This document shows positions 7,646 through 18,842 of a DNA stretch of 27,788 nt, piece by piece. A model generated the notes under the pieces. That model saw only the letters and a program-made list of their open reading frames with translations, was not told where the DNA came from and searched no databases. Within the stretch, counting starts at the first letter, position 1; every line of letters starts with the position of its first letter. A program made the position numbers and the translations under genes. This DNA is from a virus: the IMG/VR virus record IMGVR_UViG_3300027391_000002, one strand, 5' to 3'.

Positions 7646-8500
7646 ATGGCTGACAAATCATCCGCGGAAAAATATTCGAATGCACTTGAAGAGATTGACA
7701 AACTGAACAAAGTCGTAGAACTACGTGATGAAGAAATTAAGACACTTACAGAAGATAAACGTGTTCTACGAGACCTATTATCAGAAAAAACGAAGGATGT
7801 TGAAGATTATCAAGAACTCATGAAAGACTTTCAACTCGGCACTGGTGAAAGAGATGCTATCGAGGCACTGCAAGATGCACGCGAATACTTTCTCCAAAAG
7901 TTTGTTATACATCAGTTTGGAGCGGACACTGAAAAGGCACGTAATACCAAGACTTTTGAGGACAAACAGCAGGAGTTATCTGAGAGAACAGATATATTCG
8001 CAATTCTCAAAGATGCGGTCGACTTAGATCCTGAATCATATTGGAGAGAAACATGCACCGAACAAAAAGCACTCTCTGAGAAATTACAGACAGAACTGGA
8101 GAATCTTAAACAAACGACTATTTCACTCTCAGATCACCGTGCCGCAGTGGAAGATCTAAAGAACGAGAATTCACCAAACGATGATGAAATCAAAGAGTTA
8201 CTCGTCGATGCTACTATGGACATCCAGCGAGGGAAACAAGCGTTGACATTGGCACGAAACCAAGCTATTTGTGCGTACCTGTACTACTCCAGTATGAATG
8301 ACGAAGTGAAACAGCATCACATATCCACCAAAACCGAAGAAATAAAAAATAATGACGATCTGCGTTCATTACATAAGGAGGCAGACGCTTTTTGGGATTT
8401 GGCAGGGTTAGAACAATGTGGCACGAAATATAAGGAGTCTCTCGTGTTGGATAATGAAGATTTGCGCAGAAAATATCTAACATACGCAACCCTATCGTAA
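7646..8500 (+). CDS. Acidic coiled-coil protein (scaffold-like; function unknown).
   Basis: RBS ggagg lies 7 nt before the ATG at 7646, which is Met13 of the track ORF 7610-8500. The sequence is E/K/D/L-rich with heptad-like stretches. Confidence 0.7.
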   Translation: MADKSSAEKYSNALEEIDKLNKVVELRDEEIKTLTEDKRVLRDLLSEKTKDVEDYQELMKDFQLGTGERDAIEALQDAREYFLQKFVIHQFGADTEKARNTKTFEDKQQELSERTDIFAILKDAVDLDPESYWRETCTEQKALSEKLQTELENLKQTTISLSDHRAAVEDLKNENSPNDDEIKELLVDATMDIQRGKQALTLARNQAICAYLYYSSMNDEVKQHHISTKTEEIKNNDDLRSLHKEADAFWDLAGLEQCGTKYKESLVLDNEDLRRKYLTYATLS

Positions 8501-8513
8501 AAGGAGAAGCAAC

Positions 8514-9014
8514 GTGATCAAGGTATTGACTCAAGGCTCCAATAGTGTTCTCGCACCAGAACTTAGTATGTCGTGGATAGATTTGGCGACAAAAGAGTTG
8601 AAGGTGGCAGAGAATACGAAAGACAATGTGACAACGATTGGGTTGGAAGTTATCGCAGGATCGCGCAAGACACCGATTCAATTGTTGTTGCTTGCTACGA
8701 TTATGATTGCTGCGGAGGTTGCTGATAAATATAAGGAAGATGACCTGCTTGAACCGACAATCAAGGATTTTGTGAACGAGAAGGTGAAACCAGTGGTTGA
8801 TCAGTGCGATCGCTATGTGATAAGCGCAATGGAAAATACAAAAGTCGTTGATTTCACAAGTATTCGTCAAGTAGACATTTCTATCAATGAACGCGTGGAA
8901 CGCGATGAGAATGACGCACCAGTAAGCGCGTCTGTTGTGGCAAAGATTGATGGTGAAGATGTGGATTATATTTATTCAAATGCGGGTGTGTTCAACACTC
9001 AACTCACATTATAG
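8514..9014 (+). CDS. Hypothetical structural protein. Its position is consistent with a tail tube or other virion component.
   Basis: GTG start preceded by aaaggag. It lies between the coiled-coil protein and the tape measure gene. I recognise no motif. Confidence 0.65.
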   Translation: MIKVLTQGSNSVLAPELSMSWIDLATKELKVAENTKDNVTTIGLEVIAGSRKTPIQLLLLATIMIAAEVADKYKEDDLLEPTIKDFVNEKVKPVVDQCDRYVISAMENTKVVDFTSIRQVDISINERVERDENDAPVSASVVAKIDGEDVDYIYSNAGVFNTQLTL

Positions 9015-9021
9015 GTGATAT

Positions 9022-9327
9022 ATGCCAACAACAAGCACAAATGGACAGGTCTTAACAACCACAGAGACCATATCCAGTACGTTCAGCATCGCGAATGAGT
9101 CATGGATTATCCTAAGAGGCACCGTTAATGGCACTTGGATGGTTGAAAGCCGTATCTTAGATGATCCAACGAACACGTGGGAACAGGACGGAGCAACACA
9201 ACAGGCGACCGTAAAGAAGATAAAGTGGGAAGGCGTGAAAGGTTTGGAATACCGGATAAATCTGGGAAGTGGAAATCAAGGACCTACAGGATACGTTTAT
9301 CCTGCAAGTGTCACAGTTTGGAGCTAA
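9022..9327 (+). CDS. Small beta-rich hypothetical protein.
   Basis: Tightly packed after 9014. T/S/G/W-rich. Followed by a hairpin at 9329-9348. Confidence 0.65.
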   Translation: MPTTSTNGQVLTTTETISSTFSIANESWIILRGTVNGTWMVESRILDDPTNTWEQDGATQQATVKKIKWEGVKGLEYRINLGSGNQGPTGYVYPASVTVWS

Positions 9328-9328
9328 C

Positions 9329-9348
9329 GTCTCTGCAAATACAGAGAC
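9329..9348 (+). terminator. GTCTCTG-N6-CAGAGAC hairpin, one of three copies of this motif in the element.
   Basis: gtctctg (9329-9335) pairs with cagagac (9342-9348). It is followed by aaacgcatttttt. Confidence 0.45.
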
Positions 9349-9433
9349 AAACGCATTTTTTGCGGTAGAGGCTGCACGCAGTTTTAACGAATGTGTAAAA
9401 CATAATAAGTAGAAGTATGTAAGGAGTTCCAAC

Positions 9434-12400
9434 ATGGCTGAAATTGGTTTGGAAATTCGCATCACAGATAACACTCTGAACGGTTTCAATGTTTTGAAAC
9501 GTAGGATTGAGGAGTCGCAGAATCAGATCACGCAATTCAACAGAAGCAGATCGCAACAGGAACGTGCTCATACGCAGTTTTTGTCTACACAATATCGAGA
9601 ACGGGTGCGTGAACGTCAACGTGCATTACAAGACGAAATGAGAGCCGCAGAAAGAGCGCGGAGAGATGAAGTAAGAGCCGCAGAAAGGGCACAACGTGAC
9701 GAGGAACGTTTACGTCGTTACCATCAACAGTTGGTGATTCGGTCGCGTCGTGACGAAGCAAGGGCTGCGGAGGCAAGCGCGAGGAGACAAGAACAAGCGA
9801 TCCGTCGGGTTGCTCGGACGTATGACAGGATATTTAGCAGGATTGCGCGGATAGGCACACGGCTTGCGGGAGCTACGATATTAGGTTCTATATTAGGAAC
9901 AGGAAGTGTCTTAAGGACAGGTATTCAGTTTGATAATATCCGTCGTGGATTGGAAGCGGTCTCTGGTTCTGCTGAAGAAGCGAATAGACAAGTGGAGCAG
10001 TTACGTAACCTTGCGCAACTGCCGGGTATCCAGTTTCAACAGGCGGTGACTGCAACTTTGCAATTACAGGGAACAGGTGTTGCTGCTCAACGTGCGACAG
10101 AACTGATTCAGGTGTTCGGGAATGAGTTGGCGATTGTTGGTGGAACGGATCTGGAAGGGACTATCCGAGCGTTGACACAAATTGCGTCTCGTGGACAGGT
10201 CGCACAAGAAGAAATAAATCAGCTTGCGGAACGATTACCGACTATCAATCAGTTGTTACGTGATGCTTTTGGCGTGACGACTGCGGAAGGCATCCGTGGC
10301 GTGATTGGCAATGATATAAACCTGTTCTTTGATAGGCTTGTGACTGCGGGGAGAGGACGACCACAGGCGGACGCAAATAGTATTACGAATGTTATCTCTA
10401 ACTTCCGTAACGCTGTAGCGGAGTTGTCTGATGAGTTGGCACAACTGGCGTTGCCTCGACTGACTGAACAGATAGAACGCGCAACGAATATCATATCGCA
10501 GAATTCTAATCGGATTATAGATGCGTTTGAGACGATTTCTGATATTGCGTTGAATGTTGTTGACGATATTATTTCGGGTATCGATACGTTGATTGTTCGA
10601 TTTGAGTCGTTTATCGGTATTATTCGGGGAGCATTGCTTGCGGGTGTGACGCTTGGCTTTACTCGGTTCTTTGGGAATGCGACTTTGGCGTTAACATCGT
10701 TTAGTTCAGGATTGACGAATGCGACAAGTGGAGCAGGATTGTTGGCTACACGGCTTGGCGGGACTCGTGCGTTAGCAGGATTGACTCGGTTTTCCAGTGG
10801 ATTAGGAAAAGTAACGGCTGGATTGACAGGGTTGACAGCTGCTTTAGGTGTGGGTGCTGCTATATTTGCCGGTGTAGAGTTGTTTCGGTTGTTGTCGAGC
10901 GATGCGGACTTCTTGAGAACGAATGTTGACCGATTGAACACCAGTCTCGTGGACACGAGGGAACGATTGACAAGTATCCAGGGCGTTCAACAAGAGATAA
11001 GTTTTCTTAATCGTCAACAAGTTGGTGAAAGATTATCAAATGTTACTGGTGAGATCAGTGCTGCTGCGGATGACATCGCAGAATCTTTAGGGTTCTTTAC
11101 ACAATCACAAGCTCAGAGTATTATAGCAGATTTGACCTCACAAGGACTGAGCGGTCGCACAGGATTGGCAAGACGAAGACGAATTGCTGAGATCAGAGAA
11201 CTTACGAGATCGGAACGTGAACTCAGAGACCTTGCGAATGAAAGATTAGAACAACTTAGACGAGAACGGAGCGAGGAGTCGCGTGGTGGTCATACAGCTG
11301 CTGCACGACGACGTGAGTTAACTGCTCAAAACAACGTGTTGTCAGAACAAGTCAATTTGCTTGAAGAATCTATTCGTCTGAGACGGCAGTTGCAGACACA
11401 GTTTAATCTGTCGCGTGGTGGCAATGTGTCACAACAACGTTCTGCTTTAACTCCCAGTGCAGGTGCAGCACGATCTGCAATCCAACCGCTGGATATACAA
11501 GACCCGGTTGGTATTGCTACGTTGCGAGTTGGTCTTAGGAACTTTCATGAAGATTTAAGGAGCACACGTGCTATTATTCGGACAAATGTGTCACAACCTT
11601 TCTTATCCGTGTTTTCTGCATTAGCAGATGTTACCGCACCTCAGAACATAAGACAACCTATTGACTTTGATGCTGTCCAACGTGGTATCCAATCCTTGCC
11701 TTCACCACTGCTTGTGAATGAGAGCGTAGAAAGAACAGCGATACAGAATGTGTTTCAATACTTTGCTGATCAGACGGAACGGATACGTCCGAGTCTTGAT
11801 AGTTTGCTTGCACCTGATAGAGTTATTGGGCGTGGTCGTGGTGTGGATCGTGCATTGATTACCGGGGAATTGGGTGAGGCTGTAGACAATTTGAGTAGTT
11901 TGCGAGTTCAGTTGCGTCGTCGGTATGATGAGATCATTGCTGATCAAGAAGCATTCCGAAATCGCGTCCGCAACATCACTTCTGGATTAGCAGATGCGTT
12001 GGGTGGTGCTGCATTAGATATAGTGTCTATCCCATCACAACTCGTTGACATACGCAGAGAAACAGCATCGCAAATAGAAAGTATTGAGCGAAACCTTGCA
12101 GCAGAGATTGAACGAATAAACAACAGCACAGAACTGAATCAACGGCAACGAGCAAGACGGATTGAGGATGCAGAACGAGATGCCGCGGCGGAACGGATAG
12201 AGATTGCTCAACAAGCAGAGGCAGCACGAAGCGAGGCGTATCTTGGTTGGGCAAGAACAGCGTTGCGGTCAATTGCTCAAGTGATTGCTGCAGAAGCACA
12301 GACGGCTATTGCTCGGTCGTTTGTCCAAGCTGCTACACCTTTTGTGACAAGTGCGTTGGCTGGTGTTGGCACTGCGGGGACACTTGGATTAGGGCTTGGT

Positions 12401-12787
12401 GCGTTTGCGGGATTGCAGTTGCTTGCGTCAAGTTTTCATAATCCTGTGCTTGACGATGCTGCACGTTATGCTGGATTGAATAATGCTCAGCAGTTGCAGT
12501 CTAATCCACGTGCATTTGGAGAACAGTCGGGCAGGGATTTGGTTTCAAACTATGACGCTGGATTCCAGAGTGGATTGCAGAATAACCAAGGCGGTGGTGG
12601 TTCGGGAGAACCTATTGTTATTCAGATTGAAAATGTGACAAACCTTGATGGTAGTAAAGTGGCAGAAAACGTGACAAGGCATCAATTGCGGATGAGTCGT
12701 CGGGGTATTATCCCTGAGATATTTGTCGATGAACAGAACTCAAGAGCTGTAAGTGAAATCAATAGAATAGTAGATCGTAGAAGGTAG
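9434..12787 (+). CDS. Tail tape measure protein.
   Basis: - TMP N-terminal-domain-like signature: TIRALTQIASRGQVAQEEINQLAERLPTINQLLRDAFG.
- Long Gly/Ala/Leu/Thr-rich hydrophobic segment: GLTNATSGAGLLATRLGG...AALGVGAAIFAGV.
- Extended coiled coils.
- 33-bp tandem repeat at 9641-9706 encoding RAAERA[RQ]RDE twice.
- RBS aaggag. Confidence 0.9.
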   Translation: MAEIGLEIRITDNTLNGFNVLKRRIEESQNQITQFNRSRSQQERAHTQFLSTQYRERVRERQRALQDEMRAAERARRDEVRAAERAQRDEERLRRYHQQLVIRSRRDEARAAEASARRQEQAIRRVARTYDRIFSRIARIGTRLAGATILGSILGTGSVLRTGIQFDNIRRGLEAVSGSAEEANRQVEQLRNLAQLPGIQFQQAVTATLQLQGTGVAAQRATELIQVFGNELAIVGGTDLEGTIRALTQIASRGQVAQEEINQLAERLPTINQLLRDAFGVTTAEGIRGVIGNDINLFFDRLVTAGRGRPQADANSITNVISNFRNAVAELSDELAQLALPRLTEQIERATNIISQNSNRIIDAFETISDIALNVVDDIISGIDTLIVRFESFIGIIRGALLAGVTLGFTRFFGNATLALTSFSSGLTNATSGAGLLATRLGGTRALAGLTRFSSGLGKVTAGLTGLTAALGVGAAIFAGVELFRLLSSDADFLRTNVDRLNTSLVDTRERLTSIQGVQQEISFLNRQQVGERLSNVTGEISAAADDIAESLGFFTQSQAQSIIADLTSQGLSGRTGLARRRRIAEIRELTRSERELRDLANERLEQLRRERSEESRGGHTAAARRRELTAQNNVLSEQVNLLEESIRLRRQLQTQFNLSRGGNVSQQRSALTPSAGAARSAIQPLDIQDPVGIATLRVGLRNFHEDLRSTRAIIRTNVSQPFLSVFSALADVTAPQNIRQPIDFDAVQRGIQSLPSPLLVNESVERTAIQNVFQYFADQTERIRPSLDSLLAPDRVIGRGRGVDRALITGELGEAVDNLSSLRVQLRRRYDEIIADQEAFRNRVRNITSGLADALGGAALDIVSIPSQLVDIRRETASQIESIERNLAAEIERINNSTELNQRQRARRIEDAERDAAAERIEIAQQAEAARSEAYLGWARTALRSIAQVIAAEAQTAIARSFVQAATPFVTSALAGVGTAGTLGLGLGAFAGLQLLASSFHNPVLDDAARYAGLNNAQQLQSNPRAFGEQSGRDLVSNYDAGFQSGLQNNQGGGGSGEPIVIQIENVTNLDGSKVAENVTRHQLRMSRRGIIPEIFVDEQNSRAVSEINRIVDRRR

Positions 12788-12797
12788 AACACAACCC

Positions 12798-13250
12798 ATG
12801 AACACAGCAGACTATTTAATTCAATCACTCATCAAAATGCGTGAAGATGCTACAGAGTCCGACAACCTTGTCGAGGTGAAGTTGGTATTACCACACCGGT
12901 TGTTAGTAGAAGATGTCTTGCTCGCTGGAGGTAAGATCGACAATTTAGGATTACTGCCAGCAAACAATAAGGCAGATGTGGTGCCAGACGTGACGGTGAA
13001 GATCCCAAAGTCATGGATTGTTGGTATGTGTATAGACAATTGTAAGAAAGTGTTTTATCTCATTGATTCACAAGTGCCGAATGCTAAGGAAGTGCCTTTG
13101 TTTATATTACCACTTGAAATGCCGATGTTGGTCTATGAGGTCGTTTCACCAGACGTGCGTATATGCTCCGCTGCACCACTCAAAAAGATGCAGATGGATC
13201 TGAATAGCGACAAATATATCAGAAACGTGCTCTCACACCAACTGAACTGA
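12798..13250 (+). CDS. Hypothetical protein downstream of the tape measure gene.
   Basis: ORF begins 10 nt after the TMP stop. No motif recognised. Confidence 0.65.
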   Translation: MNTADYLIQSLIKMREDATESDNLVEVKLVLPHRLLVEDVLLAGGKIDNLGLLPANNKADVVPDVTVKIPKSWIVGMCIDNCKKVFYLIDSQVPNAKEVPLFILPLEMPMLVYEVVSPDVRICSAAPLKKMQMDLNSDKYIRNVLSHQLN

Positions 13251-13396
13251 AAAATCGTGTCCAGAATGGCTTGTAACGCATCGCAGATAACAGAGTGAAG
13301 ATTATATCACGGGGAGCGGATGGGATTATACGGTGTGATGAAATTGACGCACCGGTGAATGAATAAGAACACTCGCGATTATGAAGGAGATACAAC

Positions 13397-13702
13397 ATGC
13401 CAAACTATAAGATTGTTCCTGTATACATCCGATCAAACTCAAGACAGAATATAACTAAAGAGTCGTGGTGGGATGTCCGAGTATATGAGTCCAAAATAAC
13501 AACAAACATTGAAGGATGCACCATAGAGCAAGAACAGTTATTGGTGACAATTGAAAATTGTGAAACACAGGACGATGCAATCACGTGTGCTGAACATTTC
13601 ATAGAAAACAACCTTGACGACCTTGAAAGGTGGACGGGCAACATGTCTGGTGAGTATTGTATCGCTGGAGATCGGTGGATAAAAGAAATTAAATCCAAAT
13701 AA
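13397..13702 (+). CDS. Hypothetical protein.
   Basis: Strong RBS gaaggag lies 7 nt upstream of the ATG. Confidence 0.7.
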   Translation: MPNYKIVPVYIRSNSRQNITKESWWDVRVYESKITTNIEGCTIEQEQLLVTIENCETQDDAITCAEHFIENNLDDLERWTGNMSGEYCIAGDRWIKEIKSK

Positions 13703-13721
13703 TAAACAATAGGATAAAGCA

Positions 13722-15617
<1,896 letters not shown>

Positions 15618-15631
15618 ACAAGGAGATAAAA

Positions 15632-16597
15632 ATGAAAGTATTTAGCTTATATAAAAACACGGGGTCATGGTCAATCTGGCAATATATTTACGACATGTTT
15701 TTTGACTATACGCCAGAAGGCATCACAGAAACATTTGACTACAAAGAAGCAGATGTAATGTTCACATTAGGCATGCCAGATCAGCCGGCAGTGGAGTTTC
15801 CTGACATCGATCCAGTAGCATTACGCAACCCACTTCTTTGGAATCAGATTAAAGGGTTCTCATCCGTCCAAAAAGCATTGCGTGAAACACCTATCATACA
15901 CTACATTGATAAATTCGGTGTTTCGCTTGGCGATAACGTGTATCGTCCTTTCATTCGCGACATTGATATACCCGTAGCGACTGCTCCATTACCACCACAT
16001 GCGAATAGTTATGTGATCCAGTGTGTTGACGGTCGCAATTTCTTTAAGGTCAACCGATTAGAACGCCGTGAGCGGAGTGTTATCTTAATACAAGATCAAC
16101 TGTTACCGATTTTAGATGTGCTGCCAACATTGTTAGAAGATGGCACAATATCACACCTAACAGTCACAAAACGCACTTTTGAAGAGTTTCCGCAGGATGA
16201 ACAGGATGCATTATTGCCAGCTTATGAGGCAGGCAAGATAACAGCTGGCAACCTCGCACATCCTAACGGTGTTCGTAATGCGCTAAATCAAAATCAGTTT
16301 GTCTTGACTACTGGTACGAATCAAGGCACCGAGTATATGGGAATAGAGGGCGGTTTCTGCGGGAGCCAACCGATTTATCCGGACACGCCTTATTACCGAG
16401 CACATTTTGGTGATGATATGGGTGTCGCATATTTTGATATTAGTAGTCCAGAAGAAAGTCTAAGATCTATTCTTACATCTACTCCGAATTGGGAAGAACA
16501 TCGTGAAGGCTTCATAAAGCATTTTGCTGCGAGTCACACAATGCCAGCATTTTGGGAACATGTCCGACAAATAATTGAGAAACCGAATAATGAATAA
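15632..16597 (+). CDS. Hypothetical protein, first gene of the cassette downstream of the fibre.
   Basis: RBS aaggag. No motif recognised by eye. Confidence 0.75.
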   Translation: MKVFSLYKNTGSWSIWQYIYDMFFDYTPEGITETFDYKEADVMFTLGMPDQPAVEFPDIDPVALRNPLLWNQIKGFSSVQKALRETPIIHYIDKFGVSLGDNVYRPFIRDIDIPVATAPLPPHANSYVIQCVDGRNFFKVNRLERRERSVILIQDQLLPILDVLPTLLEDGTISHLTVTKRTFEEFPQDEQDALLPAYEAGKITAGNLAHPNGVRNALNQNQFVLTTGTNQGTEYMGIEGGFCGSQPIYPDTPYYRAHFGDDMGVAYFDISSPEESLRSILTSTPNWEEHREGFIKHFAASHTMPAFWEHVRQIIEKPNNE

Positions 16598-17210
16598 TGT
16601 TTATGTTGAGATTGGCACAAACTACAATCCTGAATGGGGTGTTGAGAAGTTGACAGCAGGGCATACCGTCTACTTCATAGAACCTCAACCTGAAGCGTTT
16701 AGTCGTATGATTGACTATGTCCGGGCAAACTGCCACAGATACTTTCATAAAGCAAGATTTGTGAATGTCGCGGTTTATAGCAAGTCCTGTCTGGTTGACT
16801 TTGAAACTGACACACAATTCACAACCAACAGTGCAGCCGTCACGATTCAAGAGGCAATGAACACAACTAACAACATTCATGGACAGCGCACAATGCCATG
16901 CACGTATCTGGTGCATGCGTGTTCATTGTCAGATCTGCTATGTCATATCGCAAATACGACACAGAAACAGGTCTCTGGTGTTTTGATAGATACTGAGGGA
17001 TCTGAAATGCCGATACTTCAAGGATGGGGCTTTACGAACAAACCAACTGAGTTGATTATAGAAGTCCATCACCCATCAAACCAAACGAAAATCAGATATA
17101 TGTTATCAGAACACTACGATTATGTTAAAACCGAAGCCAATCCGCAGAATATTTATGTAGAATCTAAACACCTATATTTCAAACTAAAGGAGAATACTGA
17201 TGAACGATGA
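16575..17210 (+). CDS. FkbM-family SAM-dependent methyltransferase.
   Basis: N-terminal VYVEIGTNYN matches the xDxGAN-type motif I. VLIDTEGSEMPILQGW matches the FkbM IDxEGxExxxL motif. An alternative start at 16590 (MNNVYVE) overlaps the upstream stop. Confidence 0.75.
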   Translation: MRNRIMNNVYVEIGTNYNPEWGVEKLTAGHTVYFIEPQPEAFSRMIDYVRANCHRYFHKARFVNVAVYSKSCLVDFETDTQFTTNSAAVTIQEAMNTTNNIHGQRTMPCTYLVHACSLSDLLCHIANTTQKQVSGVLIDTEGSEMPILQGWGFTNKPTELIIEVHHPSNQTKIRYMLSEHYDYVKTEANPQNIYVESKHLYFKLKENTDER

Positions 17211-17508
17211 ACACAGATTTGCTTTTACCGACAATAATAACAGAGATACAGGGCATAGCATGGACACAAGTTATACAGTTGGCATAAACCACCACACTGT
17301 CCTTGATGATGAAAAACAGACCATACAAGACTTATCTATCCATCCGCCACGTATTGCTAAGACAGGTCTCGTAGGAGAATCAGGACACATACAAGACTTA
17401 TCTATCCATCCGCCACGTATTGCTAAGACAGGTCTCGTAGGAGAATCAGGACACATAGGCGACACAGGACACATGCAACTCAGTGGCACTACAGGAGCAA
17501 TTAGATGA
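17200..17508 (+). CDS. Small repeat protein with a collagen-like GESG/GDTG tail.
   Basis: RBS aaggag. Contains two identical copies of IQDLSIHPPRIAKTGLVGESGH, then IGDTGHMQLSGTTG. ATGA overlap with the next gene. Confidence 0.6.
   Translation: MNDEHRFAFTDNNNRDTGHSMDTSYTVGINHHTVLDDEKQTIQDLSIHPPRIAKTGLVGESGHIQDLSIHPPRIAKTGLVGESGHIGDTGHMQLSGTTGAIR
17324..17455 (+). repeat. Perfect 66-bp tandem duplication (two copies).
   Basis: 17324-17389 is identical to 17390-17455. Confidence 0.95.
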
Positions 17509-18842
17509 AAATAAGGTTACATTGGCTTGGATTAGCACACACTGTCACACATCCAGAATGGAATGCATGCGCTTTCACTATGAAGGTCTACAAAGGTTGT
17601 CCAATGATGACCAGATTAGGCAATACTGTCTATCATTATGGGAACGAAGAAAGTGAGGTTGAATGCACTGAACATGTATCTGTTATGAGCAAGGATGAGT
17701 GGACAAAGTTTTATGGTGATTACGACTGGCGTAAAGAGCAGTTCAAACACAGCAATCCAGAAGCATCACAACTCTTTACTAAGAATGCCATAGAGGCAAT
17801 CCGTGAACGTTACCAACCCGGTGATTTTCTGCTCTGCACGTGGGGCACAGGACATAAACCTATTGCAGACGGTTTATCTGATCTCAAGGACTTGCATGTT
17901 GTTGAACCCGGTATCGGATACCCTGATTGTTTCGCTCCGTATCGCGTGTTTGAATCATCTGCCAAAATGCATCTTGTATATGGACAGTGGGATGCGCGAC
18001 ACAAGATATATCAAGATTTTCAAGAGGCATTTAAAGAGATTCTCAGTAAAGAAAAGACATGGGAACTGATATTAGAATGCTTACCACAAACAGCAGCAGC
18101 AGTATCGCGTTTGTCACATTTGAATGAATCTATCACAGAATATTACACAACACCGAAGTGGACAGATGCTGTGATACCCAATTACTTCAATCCAGATGAA
18201 TTCACATATAAGAAAGAGAAAGATGACTACGCTTTGTTTATGGGACGTATAATCAATACAAAAGGCGTTGAAGATGCGATGCGTGTCTGTGATGTGATGG
18301 GTTGGAAGTTAAAGGTCGCGGGTCAAGGAAGCATTGAAGAGGAATTCGGTTGGGAACCTTACAAATGCGTTGAAGAGGTTGGATACGCCAATATTGAAAG
18401 GCGCAGAGAACTAATGGCTAATGCTCGATGTGTGTTTGTGCCCACTTACTACGTAGAACCTTTTGGCGGAGTGCACATGGAAGCACTTATGAGCGGAACA
18501 CCGGTGATCACAACGGATTGGGGAGTGTTTCGTGAGACTGTACCTCATGGCGAGGTAGGTTGGCGTTGTCGCAACTTCGAACAAATGGTATGGGCTGCTA
18601 AACATATTGATCAAATAGATCCAAAGAAATGTCGCGAATGGGCAATGAACTTCTCAATGGATCGCATCGGTTTAATGTATCAAGAGTATTTCGAGAGTCT
18701 ACTCCGTAACATCAAAGCAGATAATAAATGGCATCGGTATCCAGGGCGAAAAGATTTAGACTGGTTGAAACGCCCATACAAAAAGAAGCAGATCAAAGAG
18801 AAAACCGAACAAATCATTACGCACAATGCTAATCTATATTAG
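17505..18842 (+). CDS. GT-B fold glycosyltransferase (GT4-like).
   Basis: EPFGGVHMEALMSGTPVITTDWGVFRETV carries the E-x7-E motif typical of GT4 retaining glycosyltransferases. Confidence 0.8.
   Translation: MKIRLHWLGLAHTVTHPEWNACAFTMKVYKGCPMMTRLGNTVYHYGNEESEVECTEHVSVMSKDEWTKFYGDYDWRKEQFKHSNPEASQLFTKNAIEAIRERYQPGDFLLCTWGTGHKPIADGLSDLKDLHVVEPGIGYPDCFAPYRVFESSAKMHLVYGQWDARHKIYQDFQEAFKEILSKEKTWELILECLPQTAAAVSRLSHLNESITEYYTTPKWTDAVIPNYFNPDEFTYKKEKDDYALFMGRIINTKGVEDAMRVCDVMGWKLKVAGQGSIEEEFGWEPYKCVEEVGYANIERRRELMANARCVFVPTYYVEPFGGVHMEALMSGTPVITTDWGVFRETVPHGEVGWRCRNFEQMVWAAKHIDQIDPKKCREWAMNFSMDRIGLMYQEYFESLLRNIKADNKWHRYPGRKDLDWLKRPYKKKQIKEKTEQIITHNANLY

Noticed and set aside
10249-10956. 235-aa antisense ORF inside the tape measure gene. 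The same applies to 8265-8870 (-), 20118-20672 (-) and 25567-26073 (-).
   Set aside because: These lie opposite or out of frame to well-supported genes, lack RBSs, and have compositions that mirror the sense-strand codon bias. They are typical shadow ORFs.
5756-13278. A 12-mer, atggcttgtaac, shared by two intergenic regions (5756-5767 and 13266-13277).
   Set aside because: In 27.7 kb, roughly two dozen chance 12-mer repeats are expected, and the match has no extended flanking similarity.
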